Positions 23,424-35,957 of a stretch of DNA of 64,000 bases are shown in pieces. The stretch is from positions 2,123,940-2,187,939 of the forward strand of contig NC_057757.1 of the NCBI RefSeq assembly GCF_004010195.1, read 5' to 3'. Source of the DNA: Chiloscyllium plagiosum. Its lineage: Eukaryota. The first letter of the stretch is position 1. Every line of letters begins with the position of its first letter. The notes under the pieces were generated by a model. It ran no database searches. It was not told where the DNA came from and saw nothing but the letters and a program-made list of their open reading frames with translations. The translations under genes and the position numbers were made by a program.

Positions 23424-24945
23424 TTAAAAAATGTACTTTATTCATAAAAATATTTATATACGTACATAGTTGCTAAAGCAGTTAAGTTCTGTGCAGCAGC
23501 ATATGAAGAAACAACAAATATTGGTGTGATTCTATCCAAAAAATAAACTAAAGGCATTTATTATTGTACACAACTCTATTTACAAATATTTGAGGCATCA
23601 AGGTAACTGAACAGGCCCCCATTTAACTTGGCCAGAAAGACCCTCCAATGGTGGTTTTTGCTCACTGCATCTTGGTGGCAGCTGCCCCAAGTTTTAGTGT
23701 GCTCCTGTCATTGTCCTGGACCTTGGAAAGTGCCAGTCTGCAACACTCAGTCAGGGTCAACTCCTTGCTCCGGAAGACCAACACATTTCAGGCAGTCCAA
23801 ACAGCATCTTTCACCAAGGTGATGGTCTTCAAGGTGCAGTTGAAGTTTATCTCGGTGTTGGGGAACAAACGGTAGAACACAGAGTCCTGCATCACGGAGT
23901 TGCTCGGGACAATCCTCGACAGGAACCGCTGCATCTTCCTCCAGGCTTCCTTTACAAAGGCACATTCCAGAAGGAGATGTGTGACAGTCTTTCCACCCTC
24001 TCAGTTGCTGCAAGGGCAGCGTGTGGTGACACACAGAGTCTGGACATATATAGAGGATCTCACAGCTACTGGTCTTCTCACCACCAGCCAAGTGATAGCT
24101 TGGTGCTTGTTGGAAAGTACTGGCTATAAGGCATCTGCCAAATGACTTTGACAGCCTGCTCAGGGAACACCCCAACAGGGTCCACCCTCTCCTTTTCCAG
24201 CCGGGTCTCGAGGATGCTTTGTGCTGACTACATCCTGCCGGACTTGTGGTTAAAGGTGTTTTTCTTTATAAACTTCTCTATGAAGGACAGGTGTGAGGCC
24301 AGTCCAATCCTTTGCAACACTAGGGACAGGTAGAACCTCGGTATGTAGTGAAATTTGGTATTTGAGTACTAAAGGTCTACGCAGAGCTTGATTAGATTAG
24401 ATTCCCTAAAGTATGAAAACAGGCCATTTGGCCCAACAAGTCTTCACTGACCCTCCGAAGAGTAACACACCCAGACCCATTCCCTTACATTTACCCCTAA
24501 CTAATGCACCTAACACTGTTGGCAATTTAGCATGGCCAATTCACTTGACCCGCACATCTTTGGATTGTGGGAGGAAACCGGAGAACCTGGAGGAAACCCA
24601 CGCAGACATGGGGAGAATTTGCAAACTCCACATAGACAGTCACCCGAGGCAGGAATTGAACCCGGGTCCCTGGCACTGTGAGGCAGCAGTGCTAGCCACT
24701 GAGTCACCGTGCCACCCCGTGATTAGCCCCACACACACAAAGGTGGCAATCAGGATGAGGGTGATGTTGGGTACGTTCTTTCCCCCTTTAGCCAGAACTT
24801 TGCACATGGTGTCCCTGCAGACACTGTCCATCTTAAACCTTTAGATGAAGTGGAAATGGGTGTGACTCCAATGGGGAATAGGCCAGACAACAACAGAGAA
24901 GTGCCTCACCCAGTGACATTACTGGTATATCACTAATCCCTTGTG
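23424..24945 (-). mobile_element. Tx1/L1-like LINE 3' fragment interrupted by an HE1-like SINE (24390-24718, -)
   Basis: Minus-strand ORF2 C-terminal zinc-knuckle remnant (TVTHLLLECAFVKEAW); AATAAA near 23436-23441; SINE flanked by TGATTAG repeats. Confidence 0.65.
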
Positions 24946-26415
24946 AACATACAGAATCTTTTCTTGAATGCTGCTTGCAAGTTAACTACACAGGCCCTTC
25001 ACCCTTGTCCAGTTGGCTTGGCTTCAGCAGTTACTGTTTTCGGGAATTTCTATTGAGAAATCAGCAATTAGCAGCATTTTTCTGGTTAGTGAGAGCATGG
25101 GGGAGACAGAAAACCATTGGCACTAGCTTGACTATTCCATAACCTCAGATTTCAAAGATCAAATCCCAGATCCCTGCAACAGAATAGGGTAGGACGTTCT
25201 GGAAACACACCAAGAGTCTGTCAATGCCTGCCAAAAGAAACTAAGGGCAAGTCAGAGATGAATTAGAAAAAATGATTTCTCTTTCGTTACTGGCTTCAAG
25301 GATTTTCAATGGATGTTTCAGATTTAGACTTAGACGTTATTGTCATGTGTACTCAAGTACATAGGATTACAGTGAAAAGTTTTTCATATTGCCCCACACG
25401 ATGCCATCTGAAGGTCTAGCACCTTGGTACAAACACTTAAGAACAAGGTAAAAAGAAAGAACTTAAAAGTTAAACATTACAGTCATTTAGTATAGCATTA
25501 AAAAGTTAAACATTACAGTCCTAGTCAAAAAACAAAGATTTTAAGCTAAAAGGTCAAACATGTTGTTGATGGAATGCTATAATTATATACTGTACATGTC
25601 AAAATGTCAAGCCATTGCTCCTAAATTGCTCTCCATTTCCCATCAGAAGTACAGTTAAAGGGTAAGTTGCTGTGACAAACAGGGACAAAAAACCTGCAGC
25701 GAGTCCTGTTAACACTTCCCTCGCTGTATTTGCTGACTGGCATTGGTTCTTGGTCCAGCAACACTCCCATTTGAATATTCTCTTCCTTTGTTCTCCAATC
25801 CATCTATGGCCTCGCCTCCTCCCTTTCTCTACAACCTCCTTCAACCCCTCAAGCCTCTACACCCCTCCAATCCTGGCATTGAGCACCCCACCCCCAATTT
25901 TCCTCTCTCTACCATTGGCTGGCCTTCTCTTTGGTTGTCTGGGACCTTACACTCTGCAGTTACCTCCCTAAAACTCTTAATCTCTCCCTTTTCTCTCTTG
26001 CTTTCTCTCTCCCCTCCTTTAAGACCTACATCTTACAAAGCATTTAATCACCTCTCCTGATCTCCTTGTGTGGCGCCTGTCAGAAGCACTTTGAAACGTT
26101 TTGTTATGCTAAAGATGCTATACAGCTGCAGGTTGTTGTTGAATTATTAATTCTTGTTATAATTCTTAATTTTACAAAATCCTGAACATCTGATCAAAAT
26201 TGTAGAGTGATAGCGCACAAGAGGCCATTCAGCCCACTGCATCTGTTTTGAAACTATCCAATTAATTTTATGCCCCTCTGCTCTTTCCTCAACAGTCCTA
26301 CATATAATAATGCCCTCCTTTTGCGTATATATACACCCCATTTCCCTTTGAGGGTTACTGCTGATTCTTTCAGGAATGACATTGCTGTACATTGGGCAGC
26401 TTTCTCCTGGATTAG

Positions 26416-27485
26416 ATTCATAGAGATGTACAGCACAGAAAAAGATCCTTCGGTCCAACTCGTCCATATCAACCAGATATCGTAATCTAATCTAGTCCCA
26501 TTTGCCAGCACCTGGCCCATATCCCTCTAAATCTTTCCTGTTCATCTATGCATCCAGATGCCTTTTAAATACTGTACTCCACCACTTTCTCCGCAGCTCA
26601 TTCCATGCACACACCACCGTCTGCATGAAAATGTTGCCCCTTAGGTCCTTTTTATTATCAATTCCCTCTCACCCTAAACCTATGCTCTCTAGTTCCAGAC
26701 TACCCCCAATAGTCACAGGTGAGGTGTCGGAAGACCATAGGTTGGCTAACATGATGCCACTATTGATGACAGGTGGTAAGGAAAAGCTAGGGAACTATAA
26801 GCCGGTGAGCCTGATATCGGCGGTGGGAAAGTTACTAGAAGGAATTTTGAGGGACAGAATGTACACGTATTTGGAAAGGCAAGGCCTGATTAGGGATAGT
26901 CAACATGACTATCATGTCTCACAAACTTGATAGAGTTTTTTGAAGAAGTAACAAAGAGGATTGATGAGGGCAGATATGGGGATGTGATCTATATGGACTT
27001 CAGTAAGGCGTATGTCACAGTTCCTCATGGAAGGCTGGTTAGCAAGATTAGATCTCATGGAATACAGGGAGAACTACTATTTGGAGACAGAACTGGCTCA
27101 AAGGTAGAAGACAGAGGGTGGGGGTGGAGGGTTGCTTTTCAGACTGGAGGCCTGTGACCAGTGGAGTGCCACAAGGATCAGTGCTGGGTCCACTACTTTT
27201 CATCATTTATATCAATGATTTGAATGTGAACATAAGAGGTATAGTTAGTAAGTTAGCAGATGACACAAAAATTTGGAGGTGTAGTGGACAGTTGAGAAGG
27301 TTACCTCAGAGTACAACGGGATCTTGATCAGATGGGTCAATGGGCTGAGGAGTGGCAGATGGAATTTAATTTAAATAAATGCGAGATACTGAATTTTGGA
27401 AAAGCAAATCAGAGCAGGACTTATACACTTAATGGTAAGGTCCTGGGGAGTGTTGCTGAGCAAAGAGACCTTGGGAGTGCAGGTT
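26416..27485. mobile_element. CR1 with an internal inversion: antisense 3' tail (26416-26705) joined to a sense RT region (26710-27485)
   Basis: NYKPVSLIS, YMDFSKAY and [14 protein letters not shown] on +, abutting a reverse-oriented CR1 tail. Confidence 0.7.
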
Positions 27486-28314
27486 GAAGCACATTCCTTG
27501 TTTGTCTCACCTCTTAGCAACAGTCCTTGACTTTGATATCTGCGTTCACTTAATTGTATAAGCCAAAGTCTGGATCCAGCCTCTCCACCCACCCTTTATC
27601 TCTTGTGTGTTCATGGGGTGTGCCAATCCCTAATTGCCCTTGAACTAAATGGCTTGCTTGGCTATTCCAGATGGCAGTTAAGAATCAACCACACCACTGG
27701 GTTTTGAATCACATGTAGGCCAAAATGGTTAAGGACAGCAGATTTCCTCCCTAAAGTGAACCAGTTGTTATGCAATTAACATTGGTTCAGTGAGGCCAGC
27801 TTTTTGTCCAAACTACGTCCCCAGCCTGGACGTTCTTCATACCCACTCAGTATGTTCCCACTCTGCTGCTGCTTCCCCATTCATTGACTGAAACATGCAC
27901 CTCTGTGGTGTCTTGCCTTCCCACAGCCAATCAGAATCTGAATACACTCATTTTCCAATTGAATGCTTCATGACTCTTGGTCATTGTCCTTCCCTCTGTT
28001 CACTCATCACCAACAGATTCCTAACTTAAAATGTATAGAAACAGACTACTTGGCTCATCTGCTCTCAGGTGCATGCAAGTGCTCATCTCAACCAATCAGC
28101 AAGTTCTTGTAATCCTTTCTTCCTCATGCATTTATGCAGTTAATTATATCTCTTGTACTTGACTACTCCCTGCTGGGGTCAAGTTCTACATCTTCCATCT
28201 CTGGGGAAGAACTTTCTCCTGGATTCCCAGTTGGAGTAATTTATGACTATTGCATATTGACAGTTTACAGTTTGGGTCTCTCTTCAACAAACACACACAC
28301 ACACACACACACAC

Positions 28315-28870
28315 AGTCATAGAGTTGTACAGCATGGGGAAAGACTCTTTGGTCCACTTTTCCTAAATGAATCTAGTCTCATTTGCCAGCATTTGGCCCA
28401 CATCCCTCTAAACCCTTCCTATTCATATATCCATCTAGATGCCTCTTAAATGTTGTAATTGCATCTGCTTCCACCACTTCCTCTGGTACCACTCTCTGGA
28501 TGGAAAACAGGTTGCCTCTTAGGGGAAAGATCTAAAAGGCACCTATCACCTTAAACCTATAATTTTGGACTTCCCTACCCAGGGGAAAAGACCTTGATTG
28601 TTCACCCTATCCATGCCCCTCATGATTTCATAAACCTCTATAAGGTCACCCCTCAGCGTCCGATGGTCATGGGAAAATAGCCCCAGCCTATTCAGCCTCT
28701 CTTGGCAAGATCCTTGTAAATCTTTTCTGAACCCTTTCAAGTTTCCTATAATTGAATGCAGTATTCCAAAAGTGGCCTAACCAATGTCCTGTACAGCCGT
28801 GACATGACATCCCAACTATCCCTATACAGTACTCAATGCACTGACCAATAAAGGCAAGCTTACCAAACAG
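28315..28870 (-). mobile_element. CR1 3' fragment next to a (CA)n microsatellite at 28290-28314
   Basis: RLNRLGLFS...LRGDLIEVY on -. Confidence 0.75.
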
Positions 28871-29942
28871 AGCTACTATCTTCTCTATTGTCAACCCGAT
28901 CAAAACCAATCTGTCCTCACTATGATTTTTCTGTTGTGCCTTGCCAGAGTTTCCAGGTGATTAATCTTTCTCCATCCCTGGACAATTCCTCTTCCTGGAT
29001 TCACTGTCCAAAGGCAGGTCCGATCCATGGAGTTGCAAAGTCCTTCTAGGATAGCGGCAAATAAATGTTATCTCTACCCCAGTCAGGATGGGAGATCAAA
29101 CCCTATATGTGTGATACACCGGGCGGGCCCCACACTAGCAGTGTGTGTTGCCATGGCACCATATACCTTCATGTGCATGTTGCAGTCTGGATAGTGACAG
29201 CAGAGGCTCCTATATTCTTTGCACCACCAACCTGGGATCTCTCACACTGTCATTGCACTCTATAAGCTTGTGTTGGAAGGACGTTTGAGACTCAACCAGT
29301 TTGGCCACATCGTCAACTGCATTATTTCTTTTGCCATCGAACCCTTGAATGGGGCTGGATCCTGGAGTTTCTGGTTCAGAAGCAGGGACACTACCCACTG
29401 CATCATCAGACCTCCTATCCTGGAGAGGATTAACCACTCTTTACTCCATGCTGTGTCACTCCCTCCACTGAAACACAATACTCCCACACAGTTCAAATCC
29501 GATGGGCAGCTGGAAGACTGAAACACAGAGGAGTGTAAAACTGAAATCAATCTTAACCTGGGAATAATCCATGGTGAGTAATGCAACTTGTCAATATTTG
29601 ATTACATCACACACAGCCAAAACAATGGCCCTTTCAGCTAAAAACACATTGCTTAGTCAGTGTCACAAGAGAACATTCCGGATAAAGAGGAATCACAGAA
29701 GTCGTCCGGATGCTTGAATCTGAATGCCTCTCTACCTCCTCCCCCACCCAAGTACTGGGATCACCAAGCTTCTAGCAGGAAGCTTTGTTAAATGTCCAGC
29801 AGACAGACTGGGAAAATTTTCCGAGGAGAATTACGTCGTCATTTACTAAATTTCATTGGAAGCCATCTCTGCTACTGCAAAACAAAAATGGGGATCAAGT
29901 CTGTCCAGTGGAGAGCTAGGAATCAGCCAACGAGGAAATGAA

Positions 29943-32443
29943 CATAGAACATTACAGCGCAGTACAGGCCCTTCGATCCTCGATGTTGCGCCGCCCTGTC
30001 ATACGAATCTGAAGCCCATCCCACTTACACTACTCCACGTACATCCATATGCCTGTCCAGTGTCGATTTAAATGCACTTAAACTTGGCGAATCTTACTAC
30101 CGTTGCAAGCAAAGCATTCCATACCCTTATTACTCTCTGAGTAAAGAAACTACCTCTTACATCTGTCTTATACTTCTCTCCCCTCACTTTAAAGTTGTGT
30201 CCCCTTGTGTTTGCTGTTCCCATATTTGGAAAAAGGCTCTCCCTGTTCACCCTATCTAACCCTCTGATTATCTTGTATGTCCCTATTAAGTCACCGCTCA
30301 ACCTTCTTCTCTCTAATGAGAACAGCCTCAAGGCCCTCAGCCTTTCCTCGTAAGACATTCCTTCCATACCAGGCAACATCCTAGTAAATCTCCTCTGCAC
30401 CCTTTCCAAAGCTTCCACATCCTTCTTATAATGCAGTGACCAGAACTGTACACAATACTCCAAGTGTGGCCGTACCAGAGCTTTGTACAGCTGCAGTATA
30501 ACCTCCTGGTTCCGGAACTCAATCCCTCTATTAATAAAGGCCAAAACAGTGTATGCCTTCTTAACAGCCCTGTCAATCTAGGTGGCAACTTTCAGGGATC
30601 TGTGTACGTGGACACTGAGATCTCTGCTTATCTACACCCCCAAGAATCTTACCAGTAATTTGTATTCCGATTACTCTGTCCAAAGTGTATCAACCCACAC
30701 TTGTCCACATTAAACTCCATTTGCCACCTCTCAGCCCAGTTCTGCATCCTATCTATATCTCTCTGCAACCTACTACACCCTTCGTCACTATCCACAACTT
30801 CACCGACCTTAGTGTCGTCCGTAAATTTACTAACCCACCCTTCTAAGCCCTCATCCATTTTTAAAAATGACCAACAGCAGTGGACCCAACACCGACCCTT
30901 GCGGTACGCCGCTAGTAACTGGACACCAAGATGAACATGTTCCATCAACTACAACCCTCTGTTTTCTTTCAGCAAGCCAATTACTAATCCAAACTGCTAT
31001 GTCTCCCACAATCCCATTCCTCCGCATTTTGTATAATAGCCTACTGTGGAGAACCTTATCGAACGCTTGCTGAAATCCATATACACCACATCAACCGGTT
31101 TACTCTCATCTACCTGTTTGGTCACTTTGTCAAAAAACTAATTGAGATTCGTTAGGTACGACTTACCCTTCACAAAACCGTGCTGACTGTCCCTGATCAG
31201 ATTATTCTTTTCCAGATGGTTGTAAATCCTATCTCTTAGAACCTTTTCCAACACTTTACCAACAACTGAAGTGAGACTCACTGGTCTNNNNNNNNNNNNN
31301 NNNNNNNNNNNNNNNNNNNNNNNNNNNNNNNNNNNNNNNNNNNNNNNNNNNNNNNNNNNNNNNNNNNNNNNNNNNNNNNNNNNNNNNNNNNNNNNNNNNN
31401 NNNNNNNNNNNNNNNNNNNNNNNNNNNNNNNNNNNNNNNNNNNNNNNNNNNNNNNNNNNNNNNNNNNNNNNNNNNNNNNNNNNNNNNNNNNNNNNNNNNN
31501 NNNNNNNNNNNNNNNNNNNNNNNNNNNNNNNNNNNNNNNNNNNNNNNNNNNNNNNNNNNNNNNNNNNNNNNNNNNNNNNNNNNNNNNNNNNNNNNNNNNN
31601 NNNNTATAATGCGGTGACCAGAACTGTACACAATACTCCAAGTGTGGCCGTACCAGAGCTTTGTACAGCTGCTGTATAACCTCCTGGTTCCAGAACTCAA
31701 TCCCTCTATTAATAAAGGCCAAAACACTGTATGCCTTCTTAACAACCCTGTCAATCTAGGTGGCAACTTTCAGGGATCTGTGTACGTGGACACTGAGATC
31801 TCTCTGCTCATCTACACTCCCAAGAATCTTACCAGTACTTTGTATTCCGATTACTCTGTCCAAAGTGTATCACCTCACACTTGTCCACATTAAACTCCAT
31901 TTGCCAACTCTCAGCCCAGCTCTGCATCCTATCTATGTCTCTCTGCAACCTACTACACCCTTCGTCACTATCCACAACTCCACCGACCTTAGTGTCGTCC
32001 GTAAATTTACTAACCCACCCTTCTAAGCCCTCATCCATTTATAAAAATGACGAACAGCAGTGGACCCAACACCGACCCTTGCGGTACGCCGCTAGTAACT
32101 GGACACCAAGATGAACATGTTTCATCAACTACAACCCTCTATTTTCTTTCAGTAAGCCAATTACTGATCCAAACTGCTATGTCTCCCACAATCCCATTCC
32201 TCCGCATTTTGTATAATAGCCTACTGTGGGGAACCTTATTGAACGCTTGCTGAAATCCATATACACCACATCAACCGGTTTACTCTCATCTACCTGTTTA
32301 GTCACTTTGTCAAAAAAGTCAATAGGATTTGTTCGGCTCAACCTACCCTTCACAAAACTGTGCTGACTGTCCCTGATCAGATTATTCTTTTCTAGATGGT
32401 TATAAATCCTATCTCTTATAACCTTTTCCAACACTTTACCAAC
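29943..32443 (-). mobile_element. Two tandem CR1 RT/3' segments on either side of an assembly gap
   Basis: Long intact ORF2 pieces (LYKALVRPHLEYCVQFWS, SKFTDDTKVG); 30428-31265 is repeated at 31605-32443; AAATGAA at 29936-29942 and 32444-32450. Confidence 0.85.
31288..31604. other. Assembly gap (N run)
   Basis: Run of N characters. Confidence 1.
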
Positions 32444-34610
32444 AAATGAAAGGTCTGCTCATTTCTTGATTGATTGTTGGAGGGCATGGGGAGGTCAGAG
32501 CTCTCATCATGACCCATTTGTGGGGGCTGGGGTAACCAGAATTAGATCAAACCTTCATAATTGGTCTAACTAAAGTTGGCAGCCATTAGTCCCAATCAGC
32601 TGTCCTACTAAACCAAACCAAACCAAACCAATCATCCATTCTTATCCGCCCGCCCGCCCGCCCACCCACCCAAGAAGGTACTGGTGAGCTGCCTTCTTGA
32701 ATCGCTGCAGTCCATTTGCTGTGGGTATGCTGTAAGGGAGGATCTTCCAGGATTTTGACCCAGTGACACTGAAGGAATGGTGATGTACTTCCAAATCAGC
32801 GTGGTGCATCTGCTGCCCTTGACCTTCCAGATGCCAGAGGTCACAAATTTGTAGAAGGAGCCTTGCTGCAGTACATCCATTGAGCATTGGTGGTGGAGGG
32901 AGGGAGTGTTTGTGATGTAGTGGGCTGCTTTGTCCTGGATGGTGTCAAACATCTTTGAGTGTTGTTGGAGCTGCACCTATTCAGGTAAGTGAAGAGTATT
33001 CCTTCTCATCCTGACTGTTGACTTGTAGATGGTGGAAAGGTTTGGGAGACAGTGAATCACTTACAGCTGTGGTATTCTCACATTTGTCTTTGCATCTTGA
33101 TTTCCCCACATTACCAGGGAAACTCAGCTATTTGATGAGGAGAGTTACCCCATTAGCAAGCACAAACAGAGACTGAAAGACCTGTCCTACAAAACCATCC
33201 ACTTGGCAATGTCAAACTTGTAGACTTTTTCCATCAATTACTCTGACAAGCCCTTTCAATACATCCACTGGTGTCCCTCTGACATAACATCACCAAGTCC
33301 TGATCACACCATCACCTTTTAAAGCTCATTGACACATCCAGTAATGCCTTGATTTTAAAAAATCCCATACTTGTGTTCAAATTCTTCTTCTGTCTCATTG
33401 CTTCTCTCTAATCCTGGTCATCTTCCCTAGCCCCTATGACTATCCAAGATCTCTGCACTCTGCCAACTCTGGCCTCTTGAGCATCCTCCAATTCCCATTG
33501 GCAGCCACACCTTCAGCTGGCTGGACTGTGAGCTCTAGAATTCCGTCCCTCAACCTCTCTCCTTTAAGGTGTTCCTCTGTCCACTGTATCTCCTAGTGTG
33601 GCTTGGTGTTAAATTCTGTTCGAAAACTGGAATTGGGGTCTCATAACGAATCCATAACAGGCCAACTCCTCTTGCATAATGCAAGCCTGATAGCTCCATC
33701 TCTCGGAAGTGTCACACAGGGTTGCCAACTGTATTCCTGGAAGTTTCTTAACCACCTCCAAGTTCCTGCTTTGGTTGACTAATCCTCCACTCCTCACACT
33801 CCCAACTCCCACAGGCAACCAAAAAGCGGGTAGAATCTGTACTCCCTTCAGCCCAGTGACACTCAGTACTCTTAAGTGTCTTACAACTGGTTTAAAAAGA
33901 AACACTGGGAGGGGAGAGAGAGAAAATAAGAGTGAATAAAAATCCTGTGAGATTTCCTTACCGGACTAGCCCCCAGCAGTTTAGTTAATCTGATTCTTGA
34001 GGTTGTGAGATAATCCTGGTTTCTCTGGCGAGGCCTAACCTAGAGTGATTAGCCGAAGATGCTTCCTTATAGCTGATTAATTTTAAAACCATTCCTCAGG
34101 ACGTTTAAGAAATGACATCCTTTGCATTCCACCAGGTAGGCGACCCATCCCAGAAACTCTGGAATATTAACCTCAACCCCTTTGCTGAACCTGAAGTGAC
34201 AGAAAGTGGCCATTCGGCCCAATATGAGAAGCATTTTCCCCATCCACCCTGCTCCTTTTCATTGGCCCTGCAACATAGTTTTACAAGTTCCTTTCTGCCT
34301 CCACCCCCCCCCCCCCCCCCATTTCAGTCAGTTTATTCCAGATTGCAACTCAAAATTATTTCACCTCGCTTCCCCATTCCTGCAGTGACAAGTCACTGAT
34401 GCTGTACATTTAAACACAGATATCAAATTTTGATCTCATTTGTGGGCTCCAGACAGAGCACGAGCAACGAAACCTAATGACAATCAACGAGTAACAGCCG
34501 ACACGGTCGAGTCTTTTGAGACAATCAGCCTCAGAGCTCTCCCCGGTTTCTACACGAACACATTCTGTCACTTGCAAAGTGCCACTCTGAGGGTAAGGTT
34601 GCAAACTCAC

Positions 34611-34769
34611 ATCCAGTGACCTGCCGTCGCCCTGGTCACCGCACTCCGCCCTTAGCCCCTCCAGCTCCCTCCTGAGCCTCGCCACTTCGGCTGACTGCAG
34701 GAGCTGCGTGGCCAGGCACAGCAAGACTCCGGCCAGAGCAGCGAGCCCCAAGGAGACCGGCGAAACCAT
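34611..34769 (-). CDS. TNFSF13: TNFSF13-like exon 1: MVSPVSLGLAALAGVLLCLATQLLQSAEVARLRRELEGLRAECGDQGDGRSLD
   Basis: ATG at 34769 with an in-frame upstream stop; hydrophobic anchor followed by EVARLRREL (APRIL: ELQSLRREV); GAT|GTGAGT donor in phase 0. Confidence 0.85.
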
Positions 34770-34854
34770 CTGCTTCCCACTCCTCTGCAGGCGGCCGAGC
34801 GAAGTGAGAGCAGGGACCAAGCCGCTGGCAGAGCAGCTGGATTCTGGCCCAAAG

Positions 34855-35015
34855 TGGGAGGGAAACTTTCACTAAGCCAGGTCCTAGTTTCACGAATTGC
34901 TGAACAGGCAGCCTAAAACAATCAAATAACACACATACACACGGCGCATAGCATTATAATCCAGGTTAAACCCTTGATTTGTTTTTACATTGCAGCTGCA
35001 AATTCTGATTGGTTG
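34855..35015 (-). promoter_or_regulatory. Candidate proximal promoter of the APRIL-like gene
   Basis: CCAATCAG on - (ATTGG at 35008-35012), TATA-like ATTATAAT (~34953-34960), kB-like GGGAAACTTTC (34860-34870); motif evidence only. Confidence 0.35.
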
Positions 35016-35267
35016 ACAGAGCGAAAACTGGGATTAAGGAGACAGGCAACAGCAGCTCAGGTGCAGATCTGGCAAAGCTGAGAGGGAGCTGGAAGTGTTA
35101 ACACCGATCAGACGAGAAGGCTGACAAAGATTCCCCCGTCCCCACCCAAGCCCACAGGGCCCAGCCTGACTCAATCTGTACACGGGGCAAGTGGCGAGAA
35201 CATCATCGGTTCAGGGACCCAGAGACTGGGCGAACGTTCAGCTCAGGGCTGGGACACGGGTCCAAAC

Positions 35268-35957
35268 CATAGACCCCCTCGCAGTGTGGAAGCAGGCCAT
35301 TCGACCCATCGAGTTCACTCCGACCGCCCGAAGAACATCCCGCCTCTCGCGTCACCTTGTATTTCCCACGGCTAACCCACCCAGCCTGCACATCCCTGGC
35401 CACTGTGGGTTAATATCCCATGGGCAAACCACTTAGCCTGCACGTCGCTGGACACTACAGAGCAATTTGGGGGTCTAGATTAGAGTGGTGCTGGAAAGGC
35501 ACAGCAGGTCAGGCAGCATCCAAGAGCAATTTACCGTGTCTAATCCACCACCTACACATCCCTGGATAATATGGGTAATTTGCTGTGGCTAATCCACCCG
35601 AACCTGCACATCCTTGGATACTATGGACAATTTACCATGGCTAATCCACCTAGCCTGCACATCCCTGGAAAATACAGGGTAATTTACCATGGCTAATCCA
35701 CCTAGCTGGTACACCCCGGGATACTCTGGGGCAATTTACCATGGCAAATCCACCTAACCTACGCATCCCTTGATACTACAGGCTATTTACCATGGCTAAT
35801 CCACCTAACCTGCACATCTTTGGACTGTGGGAGGAGACTGGAGTACCTGGAGGAAACCCATGCAGATATAGGGAGAACGTGCAAACTCCACACAGACAGT
35901 CGGACAAAGGTGGAATTGAACCCTGGTTCCTGGTGCCATGTGCTAACAACTGAGGCA
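35268..35957 (-). mobile_element. HE1-like SINE with an internal tandem expansion of about 50-55 bp
   Basis: About 7-8 copies of ctaatccacctagcctgcacatccctgga...caatttaccatgg between about 35370 and 35815. Confidence 0.75.

Noticed and set aside
31138..31766. Long ORFs spanning X runs
   Set aside because: Artefacts of the N gap joining CR1 pieces
34410..34610. ORF continuation after APRIL exon 1
   Set aside because: Read-through past a strong GTGAGT donor into the intron
12088..34769. Calling the gene TNFSF13B (BAFF)
   Set aside because: It lacks the flap motif, has an APRIL-sized exon 3 and basic patch, and lies directly downstream of TWEAK; BAFF or BALM affinity remains untested without a tree
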